Assembly (NCBI GenBank): GCA_963676395.1
Contig: OY781066.1
Span: 640,001-704,000 of the forward strand
From: a bacterium
Lineage (GTDB): Bacteria > Fidelibacterota > Fidelibacteria > Fidelibacterales > Fidelibacteraceae
Length of the DNA: 64,000 bases
Direction: 5' to 3'
Both the position numbers and the translations under genes were made by a program. How positions within the stretch are numbered: position 1 is the stretch's first letter; each line of letters opens with the position of its first letter. The notes beneath the pieces were generated by a model that was not told the DNA's origin, did not search any database, and saw nothing but the letters and a program-made list of their open reading frames with translations. Below, one piece after another: positions 19,756-28,009 of the stretch.

Positions 19756-20244
19756 TTATTTTACTGTTACTTCAAATTCGAGCTGCTTACTTTCTTTCGG
19801 TGTAAGCGATTTCTTCAATTCCCATTGTACGTGTGTAACCATATCGGGGGAAGCGGCTTTTTTAACCATTTTACCATTTTTGTCTTTTATCTCATACTTA
19901 GGAGGCCATGCCTGATAAGTTCTGCCACCATCAATAGAAAAACTTACATCTGCATGTTTACCTTTGGCCGAATTAGGTTTATACGATGTACCGGCTGGAA
20001 TAGGATCCGTGATCACTGGTTCTGTCATGGTTCCTGTTCCTATATTCTGTGCCCAAACCGTATATTTGATCACATCACCCGGTCGATAGGCAATTGCTTC
20101 TGTGCCCATTCTTTCTGCCTGACTCATGTTCATTTTCTTTTCTGCGATGCGCAGTTCAAGCTTTGGGCTACCTTGTGCAAATGCTGCAGTACCAAAAACT
20201 AAAGCTACCAACAGAACGAGGACTGTTAATTTACGTAGTTTCAT
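19756..20244 (-). CDS. Small secreted single-DUF11 protein (copy 2)
   Basis: Identical to 15930-16418. Confidence 0.85.
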   Translation of the reverse strand: MKLRKLTVLVLLVALVFGTAAFAQGSPKLELRIAEKKMNMSQAERMGTEAIAYRPGDVIKYTVWAQNIGTGTMTEPVITDPIPAGTSYKPNSAKGKHADVSFSIDGGRTYQAWPPKYEIKDKNGKMVKKAASPDMVTHVQWELKKSLTPKESKQLEFEVTVK

Positions 20245-20391
20245 TCTCTCTCCTTTTTATTTGACTACCAGTTTGTCTTCTTTATTAGACTCTTTTCAAC
20301 TTCAAACATATACTTTATTAAATAATAGCAAAAAAATTAAAAGCAAGCGCATAGACATGGTTACAAAACCATATCAAGAAAAATAAAGCTC

Positions 20392-20508
20392 TTAATTTTT
20401 CAGTTCTAGATTACTATTAAGATATATTGAATTCCCCTTTGAGGGAAACACTCTATCATATCTTATAGTAAAATCACAATCCCATGTTGTTGTTTGAATT
20501 TGATACAT
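20392..20508 (-). CDS. Possible 38-aa small protein C: MYQIQTTTWDCDFTIRYDRVFPSKGNSIYLNSNLELKN
   Basis: Same length and same distance from the promoter cassette as peptides A and B, but little sequence similarity. Confidence 0.25.
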   Translation of the reverse strand: MYQIQTTTWDCDFTIRYDRVFPSKGNSIYLNSNLELKN

Positions 20509-20566
20509 CTCTTCATTCTCTCTCCATTCACTCACTTCACATATCTTCGACTATCTCTCTATATGC

Positions 20567-20655
20567 ATATTACACAGCAAGTTAAGTATTTCCTAATTAA
20601 TTATAATTAATAAACACTTAAGTTTAATTAAAGATCAGCTTACAAAATAATTAAC
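20567..20655 (-). promoter_or_regulatory. Promoter cassette C: TTAAG-like boxes at 11-bp period plus TAGGAA-N17-TAATAT
   Basis: Boxes at 20618, 20629, 20640, 20651; shares TTCCTAATTAATTAT..TAATAAACACTTAAG with cassette A. Confidence 0.65.
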
Positions 20656-20689
20656 ATCATCATATCAATATCAGCTTAAAATTCATCAA

Positions 20690-21065
20690 TTGTACTTTAA
20701 CTCGATGCTAATAACTACCACACTGCTGTCGACGTCCATTTCGTTATTAACAGCAAAATCACTTCTATATTCCGGATAATTTTACTGATCCTTGCTTATA
20801 TATTATGTTCTCAGATATTTTATCTTCAATAATAACATCAGTTAAATTTCCATTTAGGGTCATGATAATAAATTGTGTATAGGATGACATCTCAATATCT
20901 AATAACAGTTTTATAGTGTTGGGGGACTATTAGAGTGCTATTGGCATTACGAGAATTTCCGTCACAACATTAAGGCTCTCTGTAACCACAACAAAATCTG
21001 CAAAAAACTGTCATTAATACAGAAAGAATAAAAAGGAACATCCTTTAGATCTTTATTCTCTCATC
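20690..21065 (-). pseudogene. Decayed DUF11 gene
   Basis: Frameshifted fragments DVILYTIYY and GNLTDVIIEDKISENIIYKQGSVKLSG match the 559-aa C-terminal domain (ATDLRIDDDVPENTWYQRGTMKLGG); boundaries approximate. Confidence 0.6.
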
Positions 21066-21080
21066 ATATTTATTCTTGAT

Positions 21081-21569
21081 TTATTTTACAATAACCTGGA
21101 ATTCCAGCTCCTTGCTTGCATTAGGAGCTAAAGATTTTTTCAATTCCCATTGAATATGTGTAATCATATCCGGTGAAGCCATCTTTTTAACGGTTTTTCC
21201 ATCTCTATCCTTAATTTCGTATTTTGGTGGCCAGGATTGGTATACTTTTCCACCATCAATAGAAAATACGATATCTGCAAAACTTCCTTTTGCACTGTGA
21301 GGCTTATAGGAAGTCCCCGTAGGAATAGGATCACTTATCACCGGCTCGGTCATCATGCCTTTTCCTACATTTTGGGCCAATACGGCATAGCGTATCATAT
21401 CACCGGGTTTGCAGGTAACTTTAACCTTACCCATTTTTTCTGCTTGAGTCATATTGATCTTGGTCTCAATAATAGTCAATTCCAACTTTGGTCTGTCCTG
21501 AGCAAAAGAAAACACAGAATAAAACAAAACCAAAACCATTATAAATGGTAATTTTTTGCCTGTCTTCAT
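21081..21569 (-). CDS. Small secreted single-DUF11 protein (diverged third paralog)
   Basis: Same length and clearly alignable to the 162-aa pair (WPPKYEIKD, WELKKSL). Confidence 0.85.
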   Translation of the reverse strand: MKTGKKLPFIMVLVLFYSVFSFAQDRPKLELTIIETKINMTQAEKMGKVKVTCKPGDMIRYAVLAQNVGKGMMTEPVISDPIPTGTSYKPHSAKGSFADIVFSIDGGKVYQSWPPKYEIKDRDGKTVKKMASPDMITHIQWELKKSLAPNASKELEFQVIVK

Positions 21570-21650
21570 TCATCAACTCCGATCTTCATTCATTCTTGAT
21601 CATTTACATATGATCAACATACCATATTGCCGGAAATGTGCTTAGTCAAA

Positions 21651-21749
21651 TTACTTTTTAGAAAAAAGCGCCGTATAAACTGCCATAATCAGTGAACTGA
21701 CCACTGCTGAAGTAAAACTGCTAAATTTTTCTTTCATATCTTGGATCAT
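21651..21749 (-). CDS. Possible 32-aa hydrophobic peptide MIQDMKEKFSSFTSAVVSSLIMAVYTALFSKK
   Basis: GAGGAGAGAGAAGG purine tract upstream; alternative ATG at 21737; single hydrophobic helix. Confidence 0.35.
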   Translation of the reverse strand: MIQDMKEKFSSFTSAVVSSLIMAVYTALFSKK

Positions 21750-21803
21750 CCTTCTCTCTCCTCTTTGATACGGACTTGTTATTCCAACATTACTAAGCAT
21801 TCC

Positions 21804-21875
21804 GGTCTCTCAATTCCTCTTGCCTAACATGTGGTCCGCTTTATCGAACCCGAAACATAGCCCGTTAGTTTCAAT
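21804..21875 (-). ncRNA. Candidate structured 5' leader RNA, copy 2
   Basis: 72-nt homolog of 17263-17334. Confidence 0.45.
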
Positions 21876-21883
21876 GTTAAACA

Positions 21884-21912
21884 AGTTTATAAAACAAATT
21901 AATATGATGCAA
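21884..21912 (-). promoter_or_regulatory. Predicted sigma70-type promoter TTGCAT-N17-TAAACT
   Basis: Same architecture as 17343-17371. Confidence 0.55.
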
Positions 21913-22070
21913 GAATTTTCTCCTTTATCATATACAATTGCTTGCTAAGATTTGGGGGTACTTTATCATTCATAAACCGTTGACACGTGTTAATTCAAAT
22001 ATCTAACAGTTATGATGAAGATTTTTCGTTTACAAATTCCCTAATAATTCGGATCGACTTTTCAAGGATC

Positions 22071-22187
22071 TTATATGTTTGATCCTCGATTAACGTCAAT
22101 CAGGGGGATCGACAAGAGTATCAGGTGAACACCACCCGGTCTCGTAATCGAACTATTTGTCTGATTTGAACTATGTTCAGCTTTCAA
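22071..22187 (-). CDS. 38-aa small protein B (TTG start): MKAEHSSNQTNSSITRPGGVHLILLSIPLIDVNRGSNI
   Basis: Paralog of 17665-17781; GA-rich RBS; in-frame stop shortly upstream. Confidence 0.7.
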   Translation of the reverse strand: MKAEHSSNQTNSSITRPGGVHLILLSIPLIDVNRGSNI

Positions 22188-22249
22188 AACGTCTCTCTTT
22201 CTCTCTTCACATCAGCCCGCTAAATGTCTTCATCACTTACCGTATTAAC

Positions 22250-22328
22250 ATATTAGACAATCAGCCAAGAAATTCCTAATTAAGTTATACTCAATGTTTT
22301 GTTAAGAAATAATTAAGAGAACATTAAG
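22250..22328 (-). promoter_or_regulatory. Promoter cassette B: three TTAAG boxes at 11-bp period plus TAGGAA-N17-TAATAT
   Basis: Boxes at 22302, 22313, 22324. Confidence 0.65.
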
Positions 22329-22452
22329 CTTTTCAATACTTATTTTTACACAAAGCATATATTTTTCATGTTGAATTTCTATTTGGTATTATCAAAATTT
22401 AAACATAGCTTATGTAAAGTTAATTACTCAACAAAGCATTCTGGAGTCGTAT

Positions 22453-24756
22453 ATGATCAATGAAGATAGAATTCAGAAGATATTTGCAATGAACAAATTC
22501 ATTCTTGATATTATTGAAGAGCAAATTATTTATCTTGATAAAAACTTAAAAGTAAAATGGCTAAATAAAGCTGCCAGTGAAGCAACCGGGAAAAGTCAAG
22601 ACGAAATTAAAGGTCAGCTATGCTGTGAGTTGTTTAATCACCCAAAAATATTTTGTGAGAGTTGCCCCGTTAAACGATCAGCTAAAACAGGAGAGCTTTG
22701 CAAAGCAAGAATAAGCACTGCTGACAATAAGATATTCGACATACATGCTCATCCTCTAAAAAAAAATAAAAATGATATAAATGGTACCATCATGGTAGTC
22801 AAGGATATTACACAAAAAGAAAATGCTGTTTCGAGTGACATTTACACCAAGAATATTTATAAAGCGATCTTTGAAAATACCGGTAGTGCAACAGTATTGA
22901 TAAACAAAGATACAACAATTGATGTTGCCAATTCCCTCTTTGAAAAGCTATCAGGTTACGCAAAAAAAGATATTGAAGGTAAAATGTCTTGGACTGACTT
23001 TGTTGTACCCGAAGATCTAAAACGAATGAAAAAGCAGCATGATCTAAGACGTAACGATAATAGAAGAGCTCTTAATTCTTATGAATTCAGATTTATCGAC
23101 CGCAACCAAAACATTAAAGATATTCTATTAACTGTCGATATGATCCCTGAGACAAATAACAGCGTTGCATCACTTCTTGATATCACTGAAAAAAACACCT
23201 ATTTAAGAAATTTAATAAACAGAGAAAAAAATCTAAGCGCTCTACTTGAAAACCCCTCCGGTTATATTATATATAGAACACGCTTCAATATTGAAACCAA
23301 TAAGATAGACATTATAAACGTAAGCCCTTCAGCACATGATATCCTGGGATTAGATGGTAAAGAACTCATGACTTTTAGTGACTGGTTTAAACATATTGAT
23401 CATGAAGATATTGAGAGAATAAAAGAAGCTAGTGATAGAGGAATGAAGCCTCCCTTTATATTTGAGGAAACCGTGAGATATCACCATCCGGAAAAGGGAT
23501 TGATCTGGCTGGAAATTAGAGCTCGAGGAGTACCATATGATAACAACCCTCAATGTATTGAGTATGCAAATGGCATCATTCTGGATATCACGAAACAAAA
23601 ACTCTTTGAACAAGAATTAAATATAGCTAAAAACAAAGCCGAAGAAAGTGATCGTTTAAAGTCGGCCTTCTTGGCTAATATCAGTCATGAAATACGCACC
23701 CCTATGAATGGTATATTAGGCTTTATTGAGCTATTGAACAGCGAAGAACTAAGTGAAGATAGACAAAAGAATTATTTAAACATCGTTAATAAAAGCGGAC
23801 AAAGAATGCTTAATACTTTAAATGATCTTATTGATATTGCTAAGATAGAAGCTGGAGTAATGAAGGTTCATCATAATAATTTTAACTTCGTTGATGAATT
23901 GCACCATATTTATGATTTTTTCAAACCTGCAGTCCAGGAAAAAGGCTTAACATTTATACTGGATTTACCAAAAGTTTCCCAACATAAAATTATTAACAGT
24001 GATCAAAATAAATTTACTACAATCATTTCAAGCTTGATAAAAAATGCCATTAAATTTACCGACAAGGGTTCAATTTCTCTCGTTTGTGAAGTAAAGAATA
24101 ATGAGCTTACTATAGCAGTTAAAGATACCGGATCGGGTATTCCCGATTCGAGGCAAGATGCCATATTCAATCGCTTCGAACAAGGTGATATTAAAGATCA
24201 TCTGGCAAAACAAGGTTCCGGACTCGGTTTATCTATTGCAAAAGCATATACTGACATGATAGGAGCAAAACTTTGGTTCGAAACTACCCTAAATGAAGGA
24301 AGCACCTTTTTTCTTTCACTCCCTTTAAATAACAACAGCAAAAACGGAAGCATAGATATTATGACTAAATCGCAAGAAATAAACAAAGCTTTAAGCGACA
24401 GCATCATTCTGATCGTGGAAGATGATGAAGATTCACAATTTTTTCTTAAAATTATACTGGAAAACAGATGCAAAAAAATAATACTGGTTCAAAACGGTTT
24501 AGAAGCAGTCAAGGCTGTAAAAGAAAATAAAAACATAGACTTTATTCTAATGGATATTAAACTTCCTAAAATGGATGGTGTAACCGCCACTCATGAGATC
24601 AGGAAATTCAATAAAAATGTTTATATTATCGCACAAACGGCATATGCTTTTCACGGAGATAAGGACAAATTTATTAATGCCGGTTGTAACGAATATATTA
24701 CAAAACCGATCAATAAAGAAAAACTTCTGTCAATATTTAATAAATATCTATCTTAA
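22453..24756 (+). CDS. Cytoplasmic PAS-PAS-PAS hybrid histidine kinase with receiver domain
   Basis: PAS motifs, FLANISHEIRTPMNG, NAIKFT, DTGSGI, GSGLGL, receiver VEDD..LMDIKLP..MDG..TKP. Confidence 0.92.
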   Translation: MINEDRIQKIFAMNKFILDIIEEQIIYLDKNLKVKWLNKAASEATGKSQDEIKGQLCCELFNHPKIFCESCPVKRSAKTGELCKARISTADNKIFDIHAHPLKKNKNDINGTIMVVKDITQKENAVSSDIYTKNIYKAIFENTGSATVLINKDTTIDVANSLFEKLSGYAKKDIEGKMSWTDFVVPEDLKRMKKQHDLRRNDNRRALNSYEFRFIDRNQNIKDILLTVDMIPETNNSVASLLDITEKNTYLRNLINREKNLSALLENPSGYIIYRTRFNIETNKIDIINVSPSAHDILGLDGKELMTFSDWFKHIDHEDIERIKEASDRGMKPPFIFEETVRYHHPEKGLIWLEIRARGVPYDNNPQCIEYANGIILDITKQKLFEQELNIAKNKAEESDRLKSAFLANISHEIRTPMNGILGFIELLNSEELSEDRQKNYLNIVNKSGQRMLNTLNDLIDIAKIEAGVMKVHHNNFNFVDELHHIYDFFKPAVQEKGLTFILDLPKVSQHKIINSDQNKFTTIISSLIKNAIKFTDKGSISLVCEVKNNELTIAVKDTGSGIPDSRQDAIFNRFEQGDIKDHLAKQGSGLGLSIAKAYTDMIGAKLWFETTLNEGSTFFLSLPLNNNSKNGSIDIMTKSQEINKALSDSIILIVEDDEDSQFFLKIILENRCKKIILVQNGLEAVKAVKENKNIDFILMDIKLPKMDGVTATHEIRKFNKNVYIIAQTAYAFHGDKDKFINAGCNEYITKPINKEKLLSIFNKYLS

Positions 24757-24929
24757 CTATCAATGAGGATTTGCTTATGATAGAGGTTAAATTTCTGATA
24801 TAGTGGACTACGATGCATTTTAAACGATCTTTAAGTCATAACAATATTATCTCAAATATTTATCCTTGATATTTATTTTAATTAATATTATTCTGTTTTT
24901 AATAAAATTTTATTTTCTTTGGAGAAAAA

Positions 24930-25154
24930 TTGAACAAACCCAAAGCCCTAGCTCCAATTTCAATATCGGTATTTATAATTCTTTATTATATCGCCATTGC
25001 CTTTGCATTTATTCATTTAGATTTTATTCCGCTTTGGATAAAATTTACTGCTATATTTATCTCGTTTGCTATCAGCATATTAGTAATAAAAGTGCTTGTT
25101 GAAAGAATCAAAGAAATTCAAAACGGAGAAGAAGATGATCTTAGTCAATACTGA
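24930..25154 (+). CDS. Small two-TM membrane protein
   Basis: Two hydrophobic helices, ends ERIKEIQNGEEDDLSQY; overlaps the start of the next gene. Confidence 0.7.
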   Translation: MNKPKALAPISISVFIILYYIAIAFAFIHLDFIPLWIKFTAIFISFAISILVIKVLVERIKEIQNGEEDDLSQY

Positions 25155-25446
25155 TTATATCAGCGGAAAAGAATTGGAAATGCTTGGAATCGTAAAAGGC
25201 AGTACGATTCAATCCAAACATATCGGCAAAGATATTACGCAAGGCTTAAAAACATTGGTTGGTGGAGAATTAACATCTTATAATGAAATGATGAATAATG
25301 CTCGTGCTTTAGCAACAAAACGTATGGTACAAGAAGCTGAAGAAAAAGGTGCGGATGCCATTGTAAATATACGTTATGCTTCCGCTACAGTTACTACCGG
25401 CGCTGCCGAAGTCATGGCTTACGGAACTGCGGTCAAAATCAAATGA
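25135..25446 (+). CDS. YbjQ/UPF0145 family protein
   Basis: LGIVKGST, LVGGEL..Y, A..RM..EA...GADAIVNIRY, YGTAVK; start moved to the ATG at 25135 (GGAG upstream). Confidence 0.88.
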   Translation: MILVNTDYISGKELEMLGIVKGSTIQSKHIGKDITQGLKTLVGGELTSYNEMMNNARALATKRMVQEAEEKGADAIVNIRYASATVTTGAAEVMAYGTAVKIK

Positions 25447-25464
25447 TTATTCTTTAAAAATACA

Positions 25465-25488
25465 AAAGGAGCTCTTATGAGCTCCTTT
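25465..25488. terminator. Bidirectional intrinsic terminator
   Basis: AAAGGAGCTC-ttat-GAGCTCCTTT between convergent genes. Confidence 0.7.
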
Positions 25489-25654
25489 ATCTATTTATAT
25501 TCTTTGTTCTAACAAAGTCTACACTCTTCATTCCGTATACATATTATAACTTGCTATGTCCCAAAGTAATTTACCCATCTGATTAAAAGGGATGCTTTAC
25601 CAGTTATAAAAAACGAACAAACTACAAGTAACAATGATAGAATATTTCCCGATT

Positions 25655-28009
25655 CTATCTTATTACTATAAATTTCTTTATCACGGCATCACCGGCTAAC
25701 AAACTAACACCCGTTTGAGGATCATCAAAATCCTCCTCCATAACGAAGCGAGCAATATACACTCCACTAACCAGAATCTGTTGCCAATCAGTAGTTAAAA
25801 ACCAGGTATATCCTGCTTCGGATTCTTCAACATCAGTAACATAATCTCCGCGCTCAGAATAAATACTGATCTTACAACCACTTGGTACACCGGCGAACAG
25901 AAGTTTATTTACATTGCCAAGAAATTGAATGTTTTCATTACGTACATTGATAGGATTGGGCACCACTCTTATCAATAAGCTCATCAAAGCTTTTCTATCG
26001 TCAGGATCTCCCAAATCGAAATCATTAATATTTAATTTTTCATTTGGTGCCGGTGGACTTTTCACAGTAGCACCGCGATTGGTTCTTGTGTAAAAGGGAC
26101 TACTTTCCAAAGCGATACCCGGTTTTTCCACATTTTGGCTTCCATCGTCATAAGCAGTGATATAATAAAAATAATTCTGGCCTCTTAATGGTTCGTTATC
26201 AATAAATTGAAATTCATCACTACCATCAACCCGATAATTTTCTATACTTCCATCACTGATATTACAATCTAGAATTCTTTGGTAAGTTGAATCCTTTTCA
26301 ACATAAGCCCGATACACTCTAAAGCCCTCAAAATGGTTATGAGCCATAGAAGCAGCTCCGTTCCAAGTCAATAGAATACCATCAACAGTTGAAAATATTT
26401 CAACTTTTTCGGGCGCTTGCGGGGCAGGGCTGATCGTTTCGTAGAAATTTCCCTTATATAATTTGATGGCTTTTTTAAACGCAAGCATCAAAGAATCACG
26501 ACCGCTATATACTAGATCATTTTTCCATTTATCACAATTATCAGCATTAATCGTCATGGTCGTTGATGGGTTTGCCGGATCAATCACTGTTAATGTTTCC
26601 CCATTTCTTGCCCTTAGCCACTTCCTACCGATCTCATAGCCATAATCATGTCCAACTCCTCCTGCACACTCGGCCCATACAATCTTCACCTTTTCACCGG
26701 GCGCTATAGTGTAGGGCCCAAAAGACAACATTTGGTTATAACCTTGCGCCCCATTAGCAGTAGAATATAATCCGGCATCACCACCCTGTACATTCCAAAC
26801 GGTTTCGGCCATGCTTGGAGCATCATTTCCATTTGCCATATATTTTGTATATTTCTCCGTCATCCCCAGCGCATCATATTGATCTAAGCCCGCCGTAAAT
26901 GTGTATGGATTATTTCCATCAATAAAGCTTTGCGATGAAGGTTGAGATCTATCATCAGTATTATCGGACGGTGAAGTATCAGCGTGTATTACAACCATTC
27001 CCTTGTATTGAACAGAACCCAAACGACCATCATTTAAGGCCGGAAGACCATTATGCGCTGTTCCATTCACATTCGGTGAACCGATATTGTCATAACCGAA
27101 ATTGGCCCATTTCCCCATCCATGCTACATATCCTCGCATCCAATTCCCGTCGGCATCTTGCGCATCCAAACCTGTCATGTCTTCATAACTTGAAGTTGTC
27201 GTAGGGTTACTCTGATCTTCACCTATCACATCACTCATCATACTGTACCCCCAAGAAACCTCTCTCACAGATTCTGAGATCCAGTGTCGATGAACAGGAG
27301 TAAAAGCTCCCGAGTAACACCCTTCTTGCGAAATAGCATCACACCATTGCCAATTAAAGTAAACATCTTCTAAAGTCTGCTCATGAATATTACCCGCCAA
27401 ATTATAAATCCCTGTATTTTCAAATTCGTATTCCGAGATAAGAATATCATCATAATTCTGTTGTGAAACAGCATATACTTTACGTGTAAATGTTAATCCA
27501 ACAGATGTATTTACAACATTGACCAGAACTCTATCGGCTTTAAGTGAAGGATCAACAGAATCAATATCATCATTTTTTCCGTCAGCACCATTAGTCATAT
27601 CATTGGCAACTTTATCATCCACATATACTTCCGGATGATCCTTGCGCGCAAATAAACTTAGTTCCTGAGGCATATACTCACGGATCTCAACATCGGTCAC
27701 GGCTCTGGGACCATTATGAACGACTTTATAAGCATAACTTTTGTTTTGTACCGGATCAAAGAAATTCTTTACCCCGATCCACATCCCCTTGGCGGCCTGC
27801 ATATCCTGATCGCGATAAAATGAATCCCATGTAAAACCATATTGCTGTTGATAATAGGCTACAACTTCATGTTCTGTCCCGGTATCATAAAAGAAATTTT
27901 GCAATGAACCAATGGTGATCCATTTGTAACGAGTAGCAGCTTCACTTGTAAATACAAGTAAAAGTGCCATCGTAAAAAGCAGTACTTTTCGTATTAAATA
28001 ATTTTTCAT
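25655..28009 (-). CDS. Secreted protein with FnIII-like and T9SS-like C-terminal domain
   Basis: Signal peptide; FEGFRVYR..YFYYITAYD; IRVVPNP..ISIYSERG..SGVYI..KKFIVIR. Confidence 0.75.
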   Translation of the reverse strand: MKNYLIRKVLLFTMALLLVFTSEAATRYKWITIGSLQNFFYDTGTEHEVVAYYQQQYGFTWDSFYRDQDMQAAKGMWIGVKNFFDPVQNKSYAYKVVHNGPRAVTDVEIREYMPQELSLFARKDHPEVYVDDKVANDMTNGADGKNDDIDSVDPSLKADRVLVNVVNTSVGLTFTRKVYAVSQQNYDDILISEYEFENTGIYNLAGNIHEQTLEDVYFNWQWCDAISQEGCYSGAFTPVHRHWISESVREVSWGYSMMSDVIGEDQSNPTTTSSYEDMTGLDAQDADGNWMRGYVAWMGKWANFGYDNIGSPNVNGTAHNGLPALNDGRLGSVQYKGMVVIHADTSPSDNTDDRSQPSSQSFIDGNNPYTFTAGLDQYDALGMTEKYTKYMANGNDAPSMAETVWNVQGGDAGLYSTANGAQGYNQMLSFGPYTIAPGEKVKIVWAECAGGVGHDYGYEIGRKWLRARNGETLTVIDPANPSTTMTINADNCDKWKNDLVYSGRDSLMLAFKKAIKLYKGNFYETISPAPQAPEKVEIFSTVDGILLTWNGAASMAHNHFEGFRVYRAYVEKDSTYQRILDCNISDGSIENYRVDGSDEFQFIDNEPLRGQNYFYYITAYDDGSQNVEKPGIALESSPFYTRTNRGATVKSPPAPNEKLNINDFDLGDPDDRKALMSLLIRVVPNPINVRNENIQFLGNVNKLLFAGVPSGCKISIYSERGDYVTDVEESEAGYTWFLTTDWQQILVSGVYIARFVMEEDFDDPQTGVSLLAGDAVIKKFIVIR

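Larger units (their letters stand above)
18055..20268. repeat. Direct repeat copy 2
   Basis: Matches 14229-16442. Confidence 0.97.

Noticed and set aside
22135..22150. Third copy of the leader RNA (GAGACCGG) or a T-box
   Set aside because: It lies inside peptide B coding sequence and lacks the other conserved parts; no complete T-box consensus.
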